Shown here piece by piece: positions 10,329 to 21,788 of a DNA stretch of 64,000 bases. The notes beneath the pieces were generated by a model that was not told the origin of the DNA, did no database searches, and was given only the letters and a program-made list of their open reading frames with translations. Each line of letters begins with the position of its first letter. Position 1 is the first letter of the stretch. The stretch spans positions 1,856,001 to 1,920,000 of the forward strand of contig OZ242214.1 in the NCBI GenBank assembly GCA_965206595.1, in the 5' to 3' direction. The stretch comes from Candidatus Latescibacterota bacterium (GTDB lineage Bacteria > Latescibacterota > UBA2968 > UBA8231). Position numbers and translations under genes: made by a program.

Positions 10329-11345
10329 TCACCACAGGCACTCGAGGATGCAGCACTTGAAGGGGCGTCCTCCGATATGCATGGGCAGGACCGCGAGAAT
10401 CTCGAAAGGCAGCTGCGCCGTGCGCAACCCGGCCATGACTCCGTGCAGGTCGGCAAACGGGATAACCGCGACCCCTCCAGGGGCGAGAACCGCGGCATAG
10501 GCCTCGAGTCTGTCCACAATCCCCGCTCTGGTGGTGCCGTCGATTACACAGCTGGCAGACCGCGGTTCGAAAGGCAGTGCAGCGGTGGCAGCGGCAACAT
10601 GGCTGACACCCGGAATTGTTCTCGGAGACAGGGTGATGCCCCCGTCGCCCAAGGCAACGACCCGTTTCGGCCCTGACCGGGACAACTCCGCCAGTCCCGA
10701 CTCCTGACAGTTAAGACAGAGAACGACGTCCTCCGGTCCTGGCTCCAGCAGCGTCATCAGAGATGCGATCATTGCCTCGGAGAGTCCCCGCTCGGGTCCC
10801 CCGGGGTGGCGCCGGGGACCGATTTGCACGCAGAACAGGGCTTCCGGTCCCGAGATCCGCAGCCTCAAGCGAAGCCCGGTTTTTTTTCCGGCCGAATCAA
10901 GGCCGTGCTCGACGGTCAGGATGGTGCGTACCTGGTCTTCCACATCCCGGCGCGTGAAGCGGTGCGAACCGGACAGGGTGCAGGCGAGCTGGTAGCTGTC
11001 GACGTCGGTTTCGGGATGACAGGTCCTGACCAAGTTCCTGGCTGCAGAAAGGTCCGCCCTGCGAAGTCGCTCGCAGACGCGCTCGAGTCCCGGCCTTCCC
11101 ACGGTCACACCACGGAATCGCGACACCACCCCGGCGGCTGCAAGGGCGGAACGCACCGCTGTCAATTTTGCCGGAGAGCGGGTATAGTGAAAGTAGATCC
11201 GGCCGTTGCGGCGGTCGGATTCGGTCTCGAAACCCGTCGCCCCGGCCAGTTGCGCGCGCAGGGATTCGAGCACGGCTTTTTCGAGGCCGGCGACAGTGGT
11301 GATTAAGAAATCGTGGATCTTCTCCGTGCCGGCGCGCGAGGGCAT
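10329..11345 (-). CDS. THUMP-domain RNA methyltransferase-like protein (SAM motif degenerate)
   Basis: N-terminal TTVAGLEK..L..L, G.HRFTR THUMP-like segment, C-terminal Rossmann-like LPF...VLAPGG. Confidence 0.55.
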   Translation of the reverse strand: MPSRAGTEKIHDFLITTVAGLEKAVLESLRAQLAGATGFETESDRRNGRIYFHYTRSPAKLTAVRSALAAAGVVSRFRGVTVGRPGLERVCERLRRADLSAARNLVRTCHPETDVDSYQLACTLSGSHRFTRRDVEDQVRTILTVEHGLDSAGKKTGLRLRLRISGPEALFCVQIGPRRHPGGPERGLSEAMIASLMTLLEPGPEDVVLCLNCQESGLAELSRSGPKRVVALGDGGITLSPRTIPGVSHVAAATAALPFEPRSASCVIDGTTRAGIVDRLEAYAAVLAPGGVAVIPFADLHGVMAGLRTAQLPFEILAVLPMHIGGRPFKCCILECLW

Positions 11346-11346
11346 G

Positions 11347-12591
11347 TTACGAAACCAATGGTCCCTTAGAAGACCTGGGCAACGGCTCGACCACGGAAAC
11401 GGCACAGTGCTCCGGGGTGAAGCAGGTCAGCAGGCAGTGCTCGACATCCTGTTTGCGAACCTGCTCAAGAGCTACAGCGTAATCGAAGGGCCGCGCACCG
11501 CGGCTAACCGCGCCGTGGGCCATGGCGGCGCAGCTCTCGATATCTTCGTAGCGAAACAGCAGCGTTCCGTACGCCTTGCGGGCGGCGCGCTCGAAGTCGG
11601 CGCTCGCAATCCCGTCCCGAACTGCCTTGGACAACCGCTTCCGTACTGTTTCCTCGAAGCGTCCCGCATCGGCGACGTCCCCCCCTGTCAATGCGAAAAC
11701 GAACGCCGGATCGGCGTAGATTTCCCAGCCGAAACTCTCACCATCGATCTCCCCCACCTCGTACTGGTCGGCGAAGAACTCGCTGGACGGCCCGAAGAGG
11801 ATGTCCGCGGCCATGTCGAGGCAGATCTCCTTTTTGAGCAGCTCGGCCCCATCGATCCCGCACTCGCTGTCGTGAAAGGCCAGATACACGCGCGGACGCG
11901 CTACTGCGAGCCGGGAACAGACCCGGTCGGGCGCCGGAACTGGAGCCTGCCTCACGGGCATCTCGCCGGCCTGGTTGCGGCGAAGATAAGAGGAATATGC
12001 ATCGACAACCTCGCATAGCTCCTTCGGCTGCACCTTTCCCGATGCGAAAAGGGAGATGCGTCCGGCGCTGTAGAAGTGTTCGTGGCAGGCGCGCAGCATC
12101 GGGCCGTCGATCTCCCTCAAGCTCGCGGGGGTCCCGGCGATGTCGATGCCGATCAGATGATCCGGGTAGAGGGCGCGCAGGGCGTTGGTGAAGCAGACCG
12201 ATTCGACGTTGTCGGCGAACAACTCGATCTCGTGCGCAATGATACGCCGCTCGCGCTCGACCCCTTCCCCTGTGAGGTGCAGTTCGAGAGCCAATCGCAT
12301 CAGGAGCTCGACGCTGCCCGTCAGGCCTTCGGCGCAGGTGACGGAAAACGAGGTCTGCGTGAACGAGGTCTGCGCGTCGACCTCGGCGCCGAGCACTGCA
12401 AACCTCGCGCTGATATCTCCCTCTTTCTTTTCGAAAAGACGGTGCTCGAGAAAGTGGGCGACCCCCGGAGGAGCCCCCACGGACAGCCTGTCGATGGCGC
12501 CGTACTCGACCGCAAGCAGGGCGTGGGACTGCTGTGCCTCCGGCTTCGAGTGGACGTACACGGGGATCGGGCCGCGGCCAGCTGACACCAA
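11347..12591 (-). CDS. M16 family zinc peptidase (YmfH-like, active subunit); true start probably further upstream
   Basis: GVAHFLEHRLF (HxxEH), AQTSF..T, ER.IIAHEI, DIAGT. Confidence 0.85.
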   Translation of the reverse strand: MVSAGRGPIPVYVHSKPEAQQSHALLAVEYGAIDRLSVGAPPGVAHFLEHRLFEKKEGDISARFAVLGAEVDAQTSFTQTSFSVTCAEGLTGSVELLMRLALELHLTGEGVERERRIIAHEIELFADNVESVCFTNALRALYPDHLIGIDIAGTPASLREIDGPMLRACHEHFYSAGRISLFASGKVQPKELCEVVDAYSSYLRRNQAGEMPVRQAPVPAPDRVCSRLAVARPRVYLAFHDSECGIDGAELLKKEICLDMAADILFGPSSEFFADQYEVGEIDGESFGWEIYADPAFVFALTGGDVADAGRFEETVRKRLSKAVRDGIASADFERAARKAYGTLLFRYEDIESCAAMAHGAVSRGARPFDYAVALEQVRKQDVEHCLLTCFTPEHCAVSVVEPLPRSSKGPLVS

Positions 12592-12654
12592 CAGGCGCTC
12601 GCCGATTCGGGGTTCCCGGATTTCATTCAGGCGAAAGGAGATCGCTGCCTCCGC

Positions 12655-13998
12655 TCAACCTGCGGCTGCGGTTTTTCTGTTACCGAGGAAAAAGGTCGTG
12701 TCCAAAGCGGTTTTGCGCGCCATGAAGGCGATCTCTTCGGAAGTTACCGATCGCAGTTGCTCGTCCAGGTGGGCTGGTAAAGCCCTCACCCCGGCGATGC
12801 GACGCTGCAAATGGAATCGGACCAGCGATTCCCGGTCTCCCCCCATCGAAGAGAGGCGTTGCAGGGCCGCTGTCCTCGCCATCTCCAGCTCTTCCTGCAA
12901 TGGACCGCGATCCCGGAGGGAGTCGAGTTGGAAATCGATCTGGCGGCGCGTCTCCGCATAGTCGACTGCATCGACACCGGCCTCGATGAACAGCAGCCCG
13001 CAGAGCGGTTCGATGAACGAGGCGACGTGATAGCAGAGCCCCCTGTCCTCCCTGAGAGACCGCTGCAGGCGGGAATGAAGATCTGCCCCCAGCAGGAAGT
13101 CGAGGAGCAGCATTGCCGGGTACGCGGGGTCGACGACCGTTACGCCGGTGCGGTATCCACACACCAGCTTCCCCTGCTGAATCGCCTCTTCTTCCACCAC
13201 CTCCCTCACTTCGGCACCGGGTGCCGCGGGCAGGGGCGGCAAGGGAGGGACATACTCACGCGGCCACGAGAACAGCTCTTCACAAAGACCGAGCACCCGT
13301 TCGCGCGGCTCCCCCCCGCTGACGTAGATGTCTATTCCGTGCCGTTTCAGGCCATCACGGTGAGACGCAAGCAGGCCGGCGGCTTCGAGCTGCGGCAGAT
13401 CTTTACACCTGCCGTGGGGGGCGGTTCCGAACGCTTCTCCCGCACACATGATCTCGATGCAGCGGCGGTGGGCGTACGCCGTCTTGTCGCTGAAAACAGA
13501 CTCGATCTCATTCCTCAGAGCTGCTTTCTCCTGGTCCACCGCCGCCTTCGGAAAACCACATGGATTCCCCTCGACCTTGGGGTCGCGGAGCACGTCGCGG
13601 AGAAAGCGGAGGCCCTGCCCAAGGAGATCTTCCCGCTCCGGCAGGTAGCCTGGGTCGACGACTTCGAGAGTTACGTGCAGGATCTGGCTGCCCCCGATCT
13701 GATCCACACCGACCCCGAAGCCCGCCCCGTAGAGAGCATCGAGAAAGCAGTTGAGGCGACGCATGTCGGGCAGCGAGGACGTACCTCGCTCGAGCAGGCG
13801 CGCGATCAGGGCGCGCTCCGTCGCCTCCGGTGAGCGCAGTTCCGAGATCAGGAAGATGTCGACACGGGTTGATTTGTACTGCGAGCTGGGATGCAGGTGG
13901 AGATTGACGCCGTCCGCGAGTGGGTGGGTGTCGATTTCGCAGGTAGCGGGAGCATCGCCCCGATGACCGGTGGGTGCCGGTTTGTACTGCGCCGGCAA
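12655..13998 (-). CDS. M16 family peptidase, non-catalytic YmfF-like subunit (start uncertain, TTG 13998)
   Basis: YKST, LLERGT, LYGAGF, QGKLVCGY, SRLQRSLREDRGLCY (R/Y pair); no HxxEH. Confidence 0.82.
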   Translation of the reverse strand: MPAQYKPAPTGHRGDAPATCEIDTHPLADGVNLHLHPSSQYKSTRVDIFLISELRSPEATERALIARLLERGTSSLPDMRRLNCFLDALYGAGFGVGVDQIGGSQILHVTLEVVDPGYLPEREDLLGQGLRFLRDVLRDPKVEGNPCGFPKAAVDQEKAALRNEIESVFSDKTAYAHRRCIEIMCAGEAFGTAPHGRCKDLPQLEAAGLLASHRDGLKRHGIDIYVSGGEPRERVLGLCEELFSWPREYVPPLPPLPAAPGAEVREVVEEEAIQQGKLVCGYRTGVTVVDPAYPAMLLLDFLLGADLHSRLQRSLREDRGLCYHVASFIEPLCGLLFIEAGVDAVDYAETRRQIDFQLDSLRDRGPLQEELEMARTAALQRLSSMGGDRESLVRFHLQRRIAGVRALPAHLDEQLRSVTSEEIAFMARKTALDTTFFLGNRKTAAAG

Positions 13999-14261
13999 AA
14001 GCGAGGAGTCGGATGGATTCCCGCGGGAAGAAAGCGGGAGTTCCCTTCCATTTATGGGTCGCAATGCGTGAGGTATTCGAGGGTGGTTTGGCACTCCCGA
14101 AGGAGTTGGAAATGGGAGCGCCTGCAGTGGACGGGCGGCAGCTGATTCGACCAATGTACGGCCGGCATCGCAAAGAGCAAGCGGCCTGGCGGCCCTTTGC
14201 CGAGCCCTGGCGCTGTCGTAGCTTCGGGAAAACACGACGCCCACCCACCTGCGTTACCGCC

Positions 14262-15047
14262 ATGGAAACGGATTCGACGACGGAAGACAGACCCCCCTCT
14301 CCTCTCGGCAACATCTCGGTGATCCTGGTCGAGCCGGGAACACCAGGCAACATCGGGGCGGTGGCGCGGGTGCTCAAGAACACCGGGATCGGGCAGCTGT
14401 CCCTTGTAAATCCCGGTAACTGGGACGTTCCGGAGACCCGGTGGATAGCGCATGCTTCAGGGGAGATCCTCGACAACTGCACCGTATTTCCCGATCTGGG
14501 TACCGCTGTCCGACAGGCCAATCTCGTAATCGGGACGACCTGCCGAGGGGGCCGCCTGCGAGAGCTGGAGGACGACTATCGCAGTCTCCTTCGCAGAGCC
14601 TGCGATTGCGCCCGCAGCCATCGCGTCGCCATTGTGTTCGGGCGCGAGCGGGACGGGTTGTGGTCGCGGGAGCTCGAGCAGTGCCACTGGCTGCTGCGCA
14701 TTCCCGCTGCGGTCCCCTACCCTTCATTCAACCTCTCCCACGCAGTACTGTTAGTCGCCTACGAGCTCTTTCACGCTGCCTGGGAAAAGACCTCCTGCCC
14801 GCCAGCGGCAGGACCTGTTGAGGCTGACTTGGCCACCGCGCAGCAGACCGAGCGCCTCATCCGCAACGTTCTCGACGCCATGGGGGCGATCGGATTCAAG
14901 GGGTACAACGACGACCCGGAAACCTTCGCCCGGGTTCTGCGGCGCTTCCTTACCAGGACTCCTCTGGAGAGGCGCGACGCCATGGTCATCCACCGCGTCT
15001 GCAGCCAGATAAGGAAATTTTCGCAGGAACTGCGCAGAGGGGGTTGA
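14262..15047 (+). CDS. trmJ: SpoU/TrmJ-family tRNA methyltransferase
   Basis: VILVEP..PGNIGAVARVLKN, IVFGRERDGL, YPSFNLSHAV...YEL. Confidence 0.85.
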   Translation: METDSTTEDRPPSPLGNISVILVEPGTPGNIGAVARVLKNTGIGQLSLVNPGNWDVPETRWIAHASGEILDNCTVFPDLGTAVRQANLVIGTTCRGGRLRELEDDYRSLLRRACDCARSHRVAIVFGRERDGLWSRELEQCHWLLRIPAAVPYPSFNLSHAVLLVAYELFHAAWEKTSCPPAAGPVEADLATAQQTERLIRNVLDAMGAIGFKGYNDDPETFARVLRRFLTRTPLERRDAMVIHRVCSQIRKFSQELRRGG

Positions 15048-15066
15048 GGCGGTTACCGGGGTGCCG

Positions 15067-16083
15067 TCAGCTTCCAGGTTCGAGCCAGCGTGCAAACCAC
15101 TGCAGGGAGCGCTCCTCCATCTGTTTGGAGAAGGCGTGCCCTGTATCCGGTTCGATCCACAGGGCGATGCGGTCGGCCGCCCCGGCGGATTCATAGAACG
15201 GAACCGCCTCTTCATATGTACGGCGGGTGCTCGGTGGGGGCACGAAGGGATCCTCGGCTCCGGTCATCAGCAGCAGGGGCCTGGGTGCCAGAAGCTGGCT
15301 GATCCTGGAGGCATCAATGGTCTCCAGCCCGGGATAACGGCTGCGGAATGCTCCCAGGGCCGCGGTGTTGGAAGCCGCGGAGCGGCGCAGTTCTCGGGCA
15401 AGTGGGAGCCCCGGGAATACCACGCGCCAGGAGCCGGAAGCGAAGATCTCCTCCCAGCTGAGCTGCCCGGCTACCGAGACCACGACGCCGACTCTGGCGT
15501 CGAGGGCTGAGATCAGCAGCGCTTCCATTCCCCCCATCGACAACCCGAGCATGCCGATGCGGCCGCGGGCCGCCTCCGGTCTGGTACCGATGTAGTCGAC
15601 CGCCCTCATGAGGTCGTGCACATACTCCCCCCAGACCTTGACCAGGCCCTTGCGCCGGATGGCGGCTCCGGAATCGCCGCCGCGCTCGCCGTGGTATGGC
15701 CTGTCGATGCTGAGGACGAAGAAGCCCTGCCGCGCCCACCTCGGCAGCAGCTGCAAGGGCTGCATCAGATCCTCTTTGCGATTGGGACTGCCCGGCATGC
15801 AGAGTATGGCCGGCGCCGGGCGGTGACGGGCGAGCTCGGAATAGCAGACAAGCGCCGGGATGAAATCTCCCCGCCTGCCCTGGAAGCGGACCGACTCGAT
15901 TACGGTATCCCGTTTCTTCCAGCGCGACACCAGCTTGGCTTCCAGTGGGTTGCGAAACTCCGGAATTCCGAGGGCGGCGCGCACCTCCTTGCGGGTGACG
16001 GCGGGGTCCCCCTGGCAACCGGACCACCCGAGAAGGAAGCACAAGGCAGTTGCCAGCCGGGGCGGAATATCAGCGGGTTTCAC
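15067..16083 (-). CDS. alpha/beta hydrolase lipoprotein (dienelactone hydrolase / acetyl esterase-like)
   Basis: WSGC lipobox; GLSMGG nucleophile elbow; GAEDPFVP; GHAF. Confidence 0.8.
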   Translation of the reverse strand: MKPADIPPRLATALCFLLGWSGCQGDPAVTRKEVRAALGIPEFRNPLEAKLVSRWKKRDTVIESVRFQGRRGDFIPALVCYSELARHRPAPAILCMPGSPNRKEDLMQPLQLLPRWARQGFFVLSIDRPYHGERGGDSGAAIRRKGLVKVWGEYVHDLMRAVDYIGTRPEAARGRIGMLGLSMGGMEALLISALDARVGVVVSVAGQLSWEEIFASGSWRVVFPGLPLARELRRSAASNTAALGAFRSRYPGLETIDASRISQLLAPRPLLLMTGAEDPFVPPPSTRRTYEEAVPFYESAGAADRIALWIEPDTGHAFSKQMEERSLQWFARWLEPGS

Positions 16084-17044
16084 GGCCGACTGCTTCCAAG
16101 TCGCTGTCGACCATCATCCGCACCATCTCCTCGAAGCTGGTTTTCGCCTCCCACCCGAGAACCCTCCGGGCATTGCCGGCATCGCCGCGAAGGATCTCCA
16201 CCTCCGCGGGGCGCATGAATTTCTCGTCGACCACGACGTGGTCTTCCCAGTGAAGTCCGGCGCAGGCGAAGGCGACCTCGCAGAAGTCCCGGATCGAGCG
16301 GTCGACCCCGGTTGCGATGACGAAATCCTGCGGCTTCTCCTGTTGCAGCATAAGCCACATCGCTTCGACGTAATCCCCGGCAAATCCCCAATCGCGGCGG
16401 GAGTCGAGGTTGCCGAGAGCGAGCTGATCTGCCCGTCCATGCTTTATCCGCGCTACACCGCGGGTCACCTTTCTCGAAACGAACTCCAAGCCGCGCCGCG
16501 GGGACTCGTGGTTGAAAAGGATACCCGCGCAACAGTGCATGCCGTACGATTCACGGTAGTTGATCGTGATCCAGTGGGCGTAGAGCTTGGAGACCGCGTA
16601 GGGAGATCGCGGGTGGAAAGGGGTGGTCTCGTTCTGGGGAGTTTCGCGAACCTGGCCGAACAGCTCGCTGCTGCTGGCCTGGTAGAATCGAATGTTTTTG
16701 TCGACCATGCGGATCGCTTCCAGGAGCCGGGTAACACCGAGCCCGTTGATCTCGCCGGTGAGCAGCGGTTGCTCCCACGAAACCGGGACGAACGACTGCG
16801 CTCCGAGGTTGTAGACCTCGTCCGCCCGCGCCTCCTGAATGGCTCCCTGCAGGGAATTCTCGTCGAGCAGATCGCCCGAAAGAATCTCGATGTCATCCTG
16901 GATGTGGGCTATGCGCTCGAAATTCACCGTGCTGCTGCGGCGGGTCAGCCCGTACACCCGGTAGTCCCGCGCCAGCAGGAACTCGGCGAGATAGGATCCG
17001 TCCTGTCCCGTGATTCCCGTTATCAGGGCGCTCCTGGGGTTCAC
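16070..17044 (-). CDS. gmd: GDP-mannose 4,6-dehydratase
   Basis: [57 protein letters not shown]. Confidence 0.96.
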   Translation of the reverse strand: MNPRSALITGITGQDGSYLAEFLLARDYRVYGLTRRSSTVNFERIAHIQDDIEILSGDLLDENSLQGAIQEARADEVYNLGAQSFVPVSWEQPLLTGEINGLGVTRLLEAIRMVDKNIRFYQASSSELFGQVRETPQNETTPFHPRSPYAVSKLYAHWITINYRESYGMHCCAGILFNHESPRRGLEFVSRKVTRGVARIKHGRADQLALGNLDSRRDWGFAGDYVEAMWLMLQQEKPQDFVIATGVDRSIRDFCEVAFACAGLHWEDHVVVDEKFMRPAEVEILRGDAGNARRVLGWEAKTSFEEMVRMMVDSDLEAVGRETR

Positions 17045-19968
17045 GATAACCCCGGTCCAGAACCCCCGTACGATTCTACCGGCGGACAGGTGCAGACGAG
17101 GTTGCGGTCTCCTGCGGCGTTGTCGACACGGGCAACCGACGGCCAGAATTTATGGTTTTTCGTCCACGGGGCGGGCCGGCAGGCGCGTTCCCGGGAATAA
17201 GGGTGGTTCCAGTCTTCGTCCAGGATCATGTCGAGCGTATGCGGCGCGTTCTTCAGGGGATTGTCCAGCGGATCGGACTTGCCCGCCTCGATCTCGGCGA
17301 TTTCCCCGCGGATCGCGATCATGGCGTCGCAGAAACGGTCGAGTTCCGCCTTGGATTCGCTCTCTGTCGGCTCGACCATCATTGTCCCCGGAACCGGGAA
17401 ATGGACCGTTGGAGCGTGGAAGCCGAAATCCATCAGGCGCTTGGCTACGTCGTCGACTTCGATTCCCACAGACCTGAAGGACCGCAGGTCGAGAATCGCT
17501 TCGTGTGCTACGCGCCCGCTGGAGCCGCGGTACAGGACCGGGAAATGTGGATCGAGCCTCGAGGCCACGTAGTTGGCGTTGAGAATTGCGACCTCGGTGG
17601 CGTCCCGGAGGCCCGGGCTTCCCATCAGTCGCAGGTAGGCCCATGAAATCAGGAGAATCAGGGCGCTGCTCCAAGGGGCTGATGCGACCGGCCCGATAGC
17701 GTTGGCGCCGCCCACGGGAATTATGGGATGTCCGGGCAGGAAATCACGCAGGTGCTCGGCCACGGCTATCGGCCCCATCCCCGGCCCCCCGCCACCGTGC
17801 GGAATGCAGAAGGTCTTGTGCAGGTTGAGGTGACAGACATCGACCCCGAGATCCCCGGGCAGGCACAGGCCGACCATGGCGTTCATGTTTGCCCCGTCCA
17901 TGTAAACCTGGCCGCCACGGTTGTGAATGACCTCGCAGATCTCGCCGATCCCTTCCTCGAACACCCCATGTGTCGACGGATAGGTCACCATCAAGGCACC
18001 CAGGCGGTCGGCGTGGGCGTCGGCCTTGGTGCGCAAATCCTCGAGATCTATGTTGCCCTCCGCATCGCAGGCCACGACGACTACGGTCAGGCCTGCCAAG
18101 GAGGCCGAAGCAGGATTGGTACCGTGGGCGGACGCGGGAATCAGACAGACGTCGCGCCGGCCGCCGAACCGAGTTTCGTGATATCTGGATATCACCAGCA
18201 GTCCGGCGTACTCCCCTTGTGAACCGGCATTCGGCTGCAGGGAGACAGCTGCCAATCCGGTGATGTCGCAAAGCATTTCCTCCAGATCGGTGAAGATCCG
18301 CTGGTATCCCAGGTTGATTTCGACCGGTGAGAATGGGTGAATGTCGGCAAACGCGGGCCAGGTGATCGGCATCATTTCCGCGGTTGCGTTCAGTTTCATG
18401 GTGCACGATCCCAGCGGGATCATCGAGGTGGTCAGCGAGAGATCCCGGGCGTCGAGCCGACGCATGTAGCGCAGCAGCTCGGTCTCCGAGCGATAGGAGT
18501 GAAACACCGGGTGCGTCAGGTAAGGGCTCTCCCGTAACAGGCTCGGATCCCACGCCGGCGGTTCGCCGCCCGGCTCCGGGGCCCCTTCGGTCGAAAGCTC
18601 GCTGCCGCATGCCTCGGCAAGGACAGCGCGGAGCGCGTCGGCATCTCCCGGCCCGGTAGTCTCGTCGAGGGTGATGCAGATGTTCTCGCCGTTTAAGCGG
18701 CGCAGCTCGATCCCACGCCTGCGGGCGGCCTCGACCACCGCGGCGATCACGCTACTGCCTGCCTGCAGGCGGATGGTATCGAAAAACTGGCGGTGGACGA
18801 GGCGGTACCCGAGCTGTTCGGCCACCCCGGCAAGCCAGGCGGACAAGTGGTGAATCCTGGCGGATATGGTGCGCAACCCCTCGGGACCATGGTAGACGGC
18901 ATAGAACGAGGCAACCACCGCGGGAAGCACCTGTGCCGTGCATATGTTGCTGGTCGCCGTCTCGCGGCGGATGTGCTGCTCCCGGGTCTGCAGGGCCATT
19001 CTCAGCGCCCTTCTTCCCGTTGCATCCCGGGATACGCCGATGATGCGGCCGGGTACCTGCCGCCTGAATTCTTCCCGCGCCGCAAGGTAGGCTGCGTGTG
19101 GGCCGCCATACCCCATCGGCATGCCGAAGCGCTGCGCGCTCCCTACCGCGATGTCGGCGCCGAACTCCCCCGGGGGCGTCAGCAGTGGCAGGGCCAGCAG
19201 TTCCGCGGCGACGGCCACGAGGGCACAATTCTCGTGGGCGCGGGAGCAGAATTCACGGTAGTCGCATAGGGCTCCGTCGCTTGCCGGGTACTGCAGCAGG
19301 CAGCCGAACACGGGATGGGCACCGAGGTCGAAGCTATCGTGGTCCCCTTCGACGATGTCGATCTTCAGGGGTCGCGCCCTGGTTCGGAGCACGGCCTTGG
19401 TCTGCGGGTGGCACGCAGAGGACATAAAGAAGGCCCGCGAGTGGTTCCTGCGTTTCTGCCTTTTCATCATTGCCATTGCCTCGGCGGCGGCGGTTCCCTC
19501 GTCCAGCAGGGAGGCATTGGCGAGCTCGAGGGCGGTGAGATCGCAAATCATGGTCTGAAAGGTCAGCAGCGCTTCGAGCCGTCCCTGGGCGATCTCGGAT
19601 TGGTACGGCGTGTAATGGGTGTACCAGGCGGGATTTTCGAGGATGTTGCGCTGGATGACAGGTGGAGTGATGCAGCTCGCGTACCCCGTGCCCACGAAGG
19701 AACTCACCCTCTCGTTCTGTCGAGAGATCTCCTCCAGTTCCCCGAGGAGGTCGCGCTCGCTGACCGCCTCCCGGTAACGCAGCTCCCGCCGCGAACGAAT
19801 GGTGGATGGGACCGTCTCTTCAATCAGCTCATCGAGCCGTTCCGCCCCGAGGCTGTGCAACATTTGCTCCTGTTCCCGCGGACCGGGACCTATGTGCCGT
19901 CGCGGGAATCCTCCACTCTCCGAAACAGCCACGCCATCAGTCGAGTTGGCGGGATCGCGACTCTCCAT
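17041..19968 (-). CDS. gcvP: glycine dehydrogenase (decarboxylating), single-chain P protein
   Basis: [59 protein letters not shown]. Confidence 0.97.
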   Translation of the reverse strand: MESRDPANSTDGVAVSESGGFPRRHIGPGPREQEQMLHSLGAERLDELIEETVPSTIRSRRELRYREAVSERDLLGELEEISRQNERVSSFVGTGYASCITPPVIQRNILENPAWYTHYTPYQSEIAQGRLEALLTFQTMICDLTALELANASLLDEGTAAAEAMAMMKRQKRRNHSRAFFMSSACHPQTKAVLRTRARPLKIDIVEGDHDSFDLGAHPVFGCLLQYPASDGALCDYREFCSRAHENCALVAVAAELLALPLLTPPGEFGADIAVGSAQRFGMPMGYGGPHAAYLAAREEFRRQVPGRIIGVSRDATGRRALRMALQTREQHIRRETATSNICTAQVLPAVVASFYAVYHGPEGLRTISARIHHLSAWLAGVAEQLGYRLVHRQFFDTIRLQAGSSVIAAVVEAARRRGIELRRLNGENICITLDETTGPGDADALRAVLAEACGSELSTEGAPEPGGEPPAWDPSLLRESPYLTHPVFHSYRSETELLRYMRRLDARDLSLTTSMIPLGSCTMKLNATAEMMPITWPAFADIHPFSPVEINLGYQRIFTDLEEMLCDITGLAAVSLQPNAGSQGEYAGLLVISRYHETRFGGRRDVCLIPASAHGTNPASASLAGLTVVVVACDAEGNIDLEDLRTKADAHADRLGALMVTYPSTHGVFEEGIGEICEVIHNRGGQVYMDGANMNAMVGLCLPGDLGVDVCHLNLHKTFCIPHGGGGPGMGPIAVAEHLRDFLPGHPIIPVGGANAIGPVASAPWSSALILLISWAYLRLMGSPGLRDATEVAILNANYVASRLDPHFPVLYRGSSGRVAHEAILDLRSFRSVGIEVDDVAKRLMDFGFHAPTVHFPVPGTMMVEPTESESKAELDRFCDAMIAIRGEIAEIEAGKSDPLDNPLKNAPHTLDMILDEDWNHPYSRERACRPAPWTKNHKFWPSVARVDNAAGDRNLVCTCPPVESYGGSGPGLS

Positions 19969-21094
19969 CAGCCCCTTTCTTCTTTCGCCTCGTCCGTACC
20001 CGGCTCGGTACCATCGGCAGCGCCGCCACTCCAGCCGGATGTAGACTTCCCCTGATGTCGATCTGGAGCCGTCCTCGGGCAGTCGCCGCGGGGTCGAGGA
20101 AGGCAAGGGCGATACCTTGGCGCAGGGTCGGCGAATAGGTACCGCTCGATAGCGAGCCGACCACTTCCCCATCGGCCAGGACCTCATACCCGGGGCGAGG
20201 CACGGCACGCCCTTCCACCGCCAGGCCGGTCAACTTTCTGTACCCACCCCGTGCGCGGAGGGCGACAAGGGCTTCGCGTCCGATGAAATCCCTGTCCGGC
20301 CTGTCATCGAGGCGGAGGATGCGGTCGAGACCTGCTTCCAGCGGGGTGATTTCCTCGTTCAGCTCGTGGCCGTACAGGCAGTACCCCATCTCCGTGCGCA
20401 GGGTGTCCCTGGCGCCGAGGCCGACCGGTGTGGCTTCAAAGTCGCGGGCGGCGCGCCACAGCTCAGGAGTCAGGGCAACCGGGCACATGATTTCGAACCC
20501 GTCCTCTCCAGTGTATCCGCTGCGGCTGACGACGAGATCGGACCCGCCGAAAAGGAACCGTGAAAAATGGAAATAACCCAGTTTCCCCGCTTCCTGCCCG
20601 ACCAAGGCGGCGGTTACGCGTTCCGCTTCGGGACCCTGAATGGCGACCATCCCGGTAGCTGGACTTCTGTCCTCGACGATGGCCTCGGTACGATGGGCAG
20701 CCTTGGTTATCCATTCGAGGTCGGCATCGATTCGCCCAGCGTTTACGACCAGGGTGAACTCCGTCTCACAGAGGCGATAGACCGCCAGGTCGTCGACAGT
20801 GCCTCCTCGTTCGTTGCACATGACGGCGTACTTCATTGCCCCGACCCGGATCCGGGCAACGTCGACGGGGAGCAGGTGCTGCAGGAAGTCTACGCTTCCA
20901 TGTCCGGCGATACGCAGCTGACCCATGTGGCAGACGTCGAAAATGCCAACCCCGGAACGAACGGCGAGGTGCTCTTGACCGATGCCGCGATACTGAACGG
21001 GCAATTCCCAGCCGTTGAAAGGGACCATCCTGGCTCCCTCGGCACGGTGGATTTCCCTGAGGACGGTTGTTTTTAATGGGTAACCTTTTTCCAC
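19937..21094 (-). CDS. gcvT: glycine cleavage system aminomethyltransferase T
   Basis: [49 protein letters not shown]. Confidence 0.95.
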   Translation of the reverse strand: MEKGYPLKTTVLREIHRAEGARMVPFNGWELPVQYRGIGQEHLAVRSGVGIFDVCHMGQLRIAGHGSVDFLQHLLPVDVARIRVGAMKYAVMCNERGGTVDDLAVYRLCETEFTLVVNAGRIDADLEWITKAAHRTEAIVEDRSPATGMVAIQGPEAERVTAALVGQEAGKLGYFHFSRFLFGGSDLVVSRSGYTGEDGFEIMCPVALTPELWRAARDFEATPVGLGARDTLRTEMGYCLYGHELNEEITPLEAGLDRILRLDDRPDRDFIGREALVALRARGGYRKLTGLAVEGRAVPRPGYEVLADGEVVGSLSSGTYSPTLRQGIALAFLDPAATARGRLQIDIRGSLHPAGVAALPMVPSRVRTRRKKKGADGESRSRQLD

Positions 21095-21678
21095 AGGTCA
21101 TCGGCGGCTTGCTCGAGCTCCGTCAGAGTGCCGCTGTTGTGGACCACAATGTCTGCGGCGGCGACTTTGTCCGAAGTCGGCGCCTGCGCACGGGTGCGCC
21201 TGGCTATCTCTTCCGCGGTTGTGCCGCGACTGGAGATAAGGCGGTTGTCCACTGCGGATGCGTCAGCCACCATGGCGACAAGCAGGTCTAACCGATCCTG
21301 AACCCCCCACTCCAGAATCAGAGGGGCATCAAGGATGACAGCGCCAGGCTCCGTTGTTGCCCGCCGGCAGGCATCGACCCGCATCCAGAGCTCCGGCTCG
21401 AGCAGTGGACGCAGTATTAAGGTCAAAGTCTGCAGAGTCCCAGGATCGGAGAACACAACCCTGCCGAGCTTCATGCGGTCGACACGGCCAGAGGCGTTCA
21501 GTACTCCGCAACCGAATGAACCGGTCACTGCCTCGACCACTTCCGGGTATTCAAGCACCTCATGGGCGACCTGATCGGCATCGACTACGAGAGCGCCCCG
21601 CCTCGCGAGCATTGCCGCAAAGGTCGACTTGCCGGCGCCCATGTTTCCCGTGATCCCGATTAGCTGGACGGGCGTCAC
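21073..21678 (-). CDS. coaE: dephospho-CoA kinase (start uncertain, 21678 or 21720)
   Basis: IGITGNMGAGKST, DAD, DRMKLG..VF, DAPLILE, AD..VHN.G. Confidence 0.92.
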   Translation of the reverse strand: MTPVQLIGITGNMGAGKSTFAAMLARRGALVVDADQVAHEVLEYPEVVEAVTGSFGCGVLNASGRVDRMKLGRVVFSDPGTLQTLTLILRPLLEPELWMRVDACRRATTEPGAVILDAPLILEWGVQDRLDLLVAMVADASAVDNRLISSRGTTAEEIARRTRAQAPTSDKVAAADIVVHNSGTLTELEQAADDLWKKVTH

Positions 21679-21788
21679 AGAAAAATCGCCGCCTTGGCCG
21701 ACGGTTTCCGGATAATCCAAGGTACTTCTGTCAGAAGGACTTCAGGAACTTCGCCAAGAGAGAGGCGAACCGAAAGTCGGTTTTCGCC

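Noticed and set aside
12655-12657. Selenocysteine TGA
   Set aside because: Position is an inter-domain linker, not a Cys-equivalent site; no obvious SECIS hairpin
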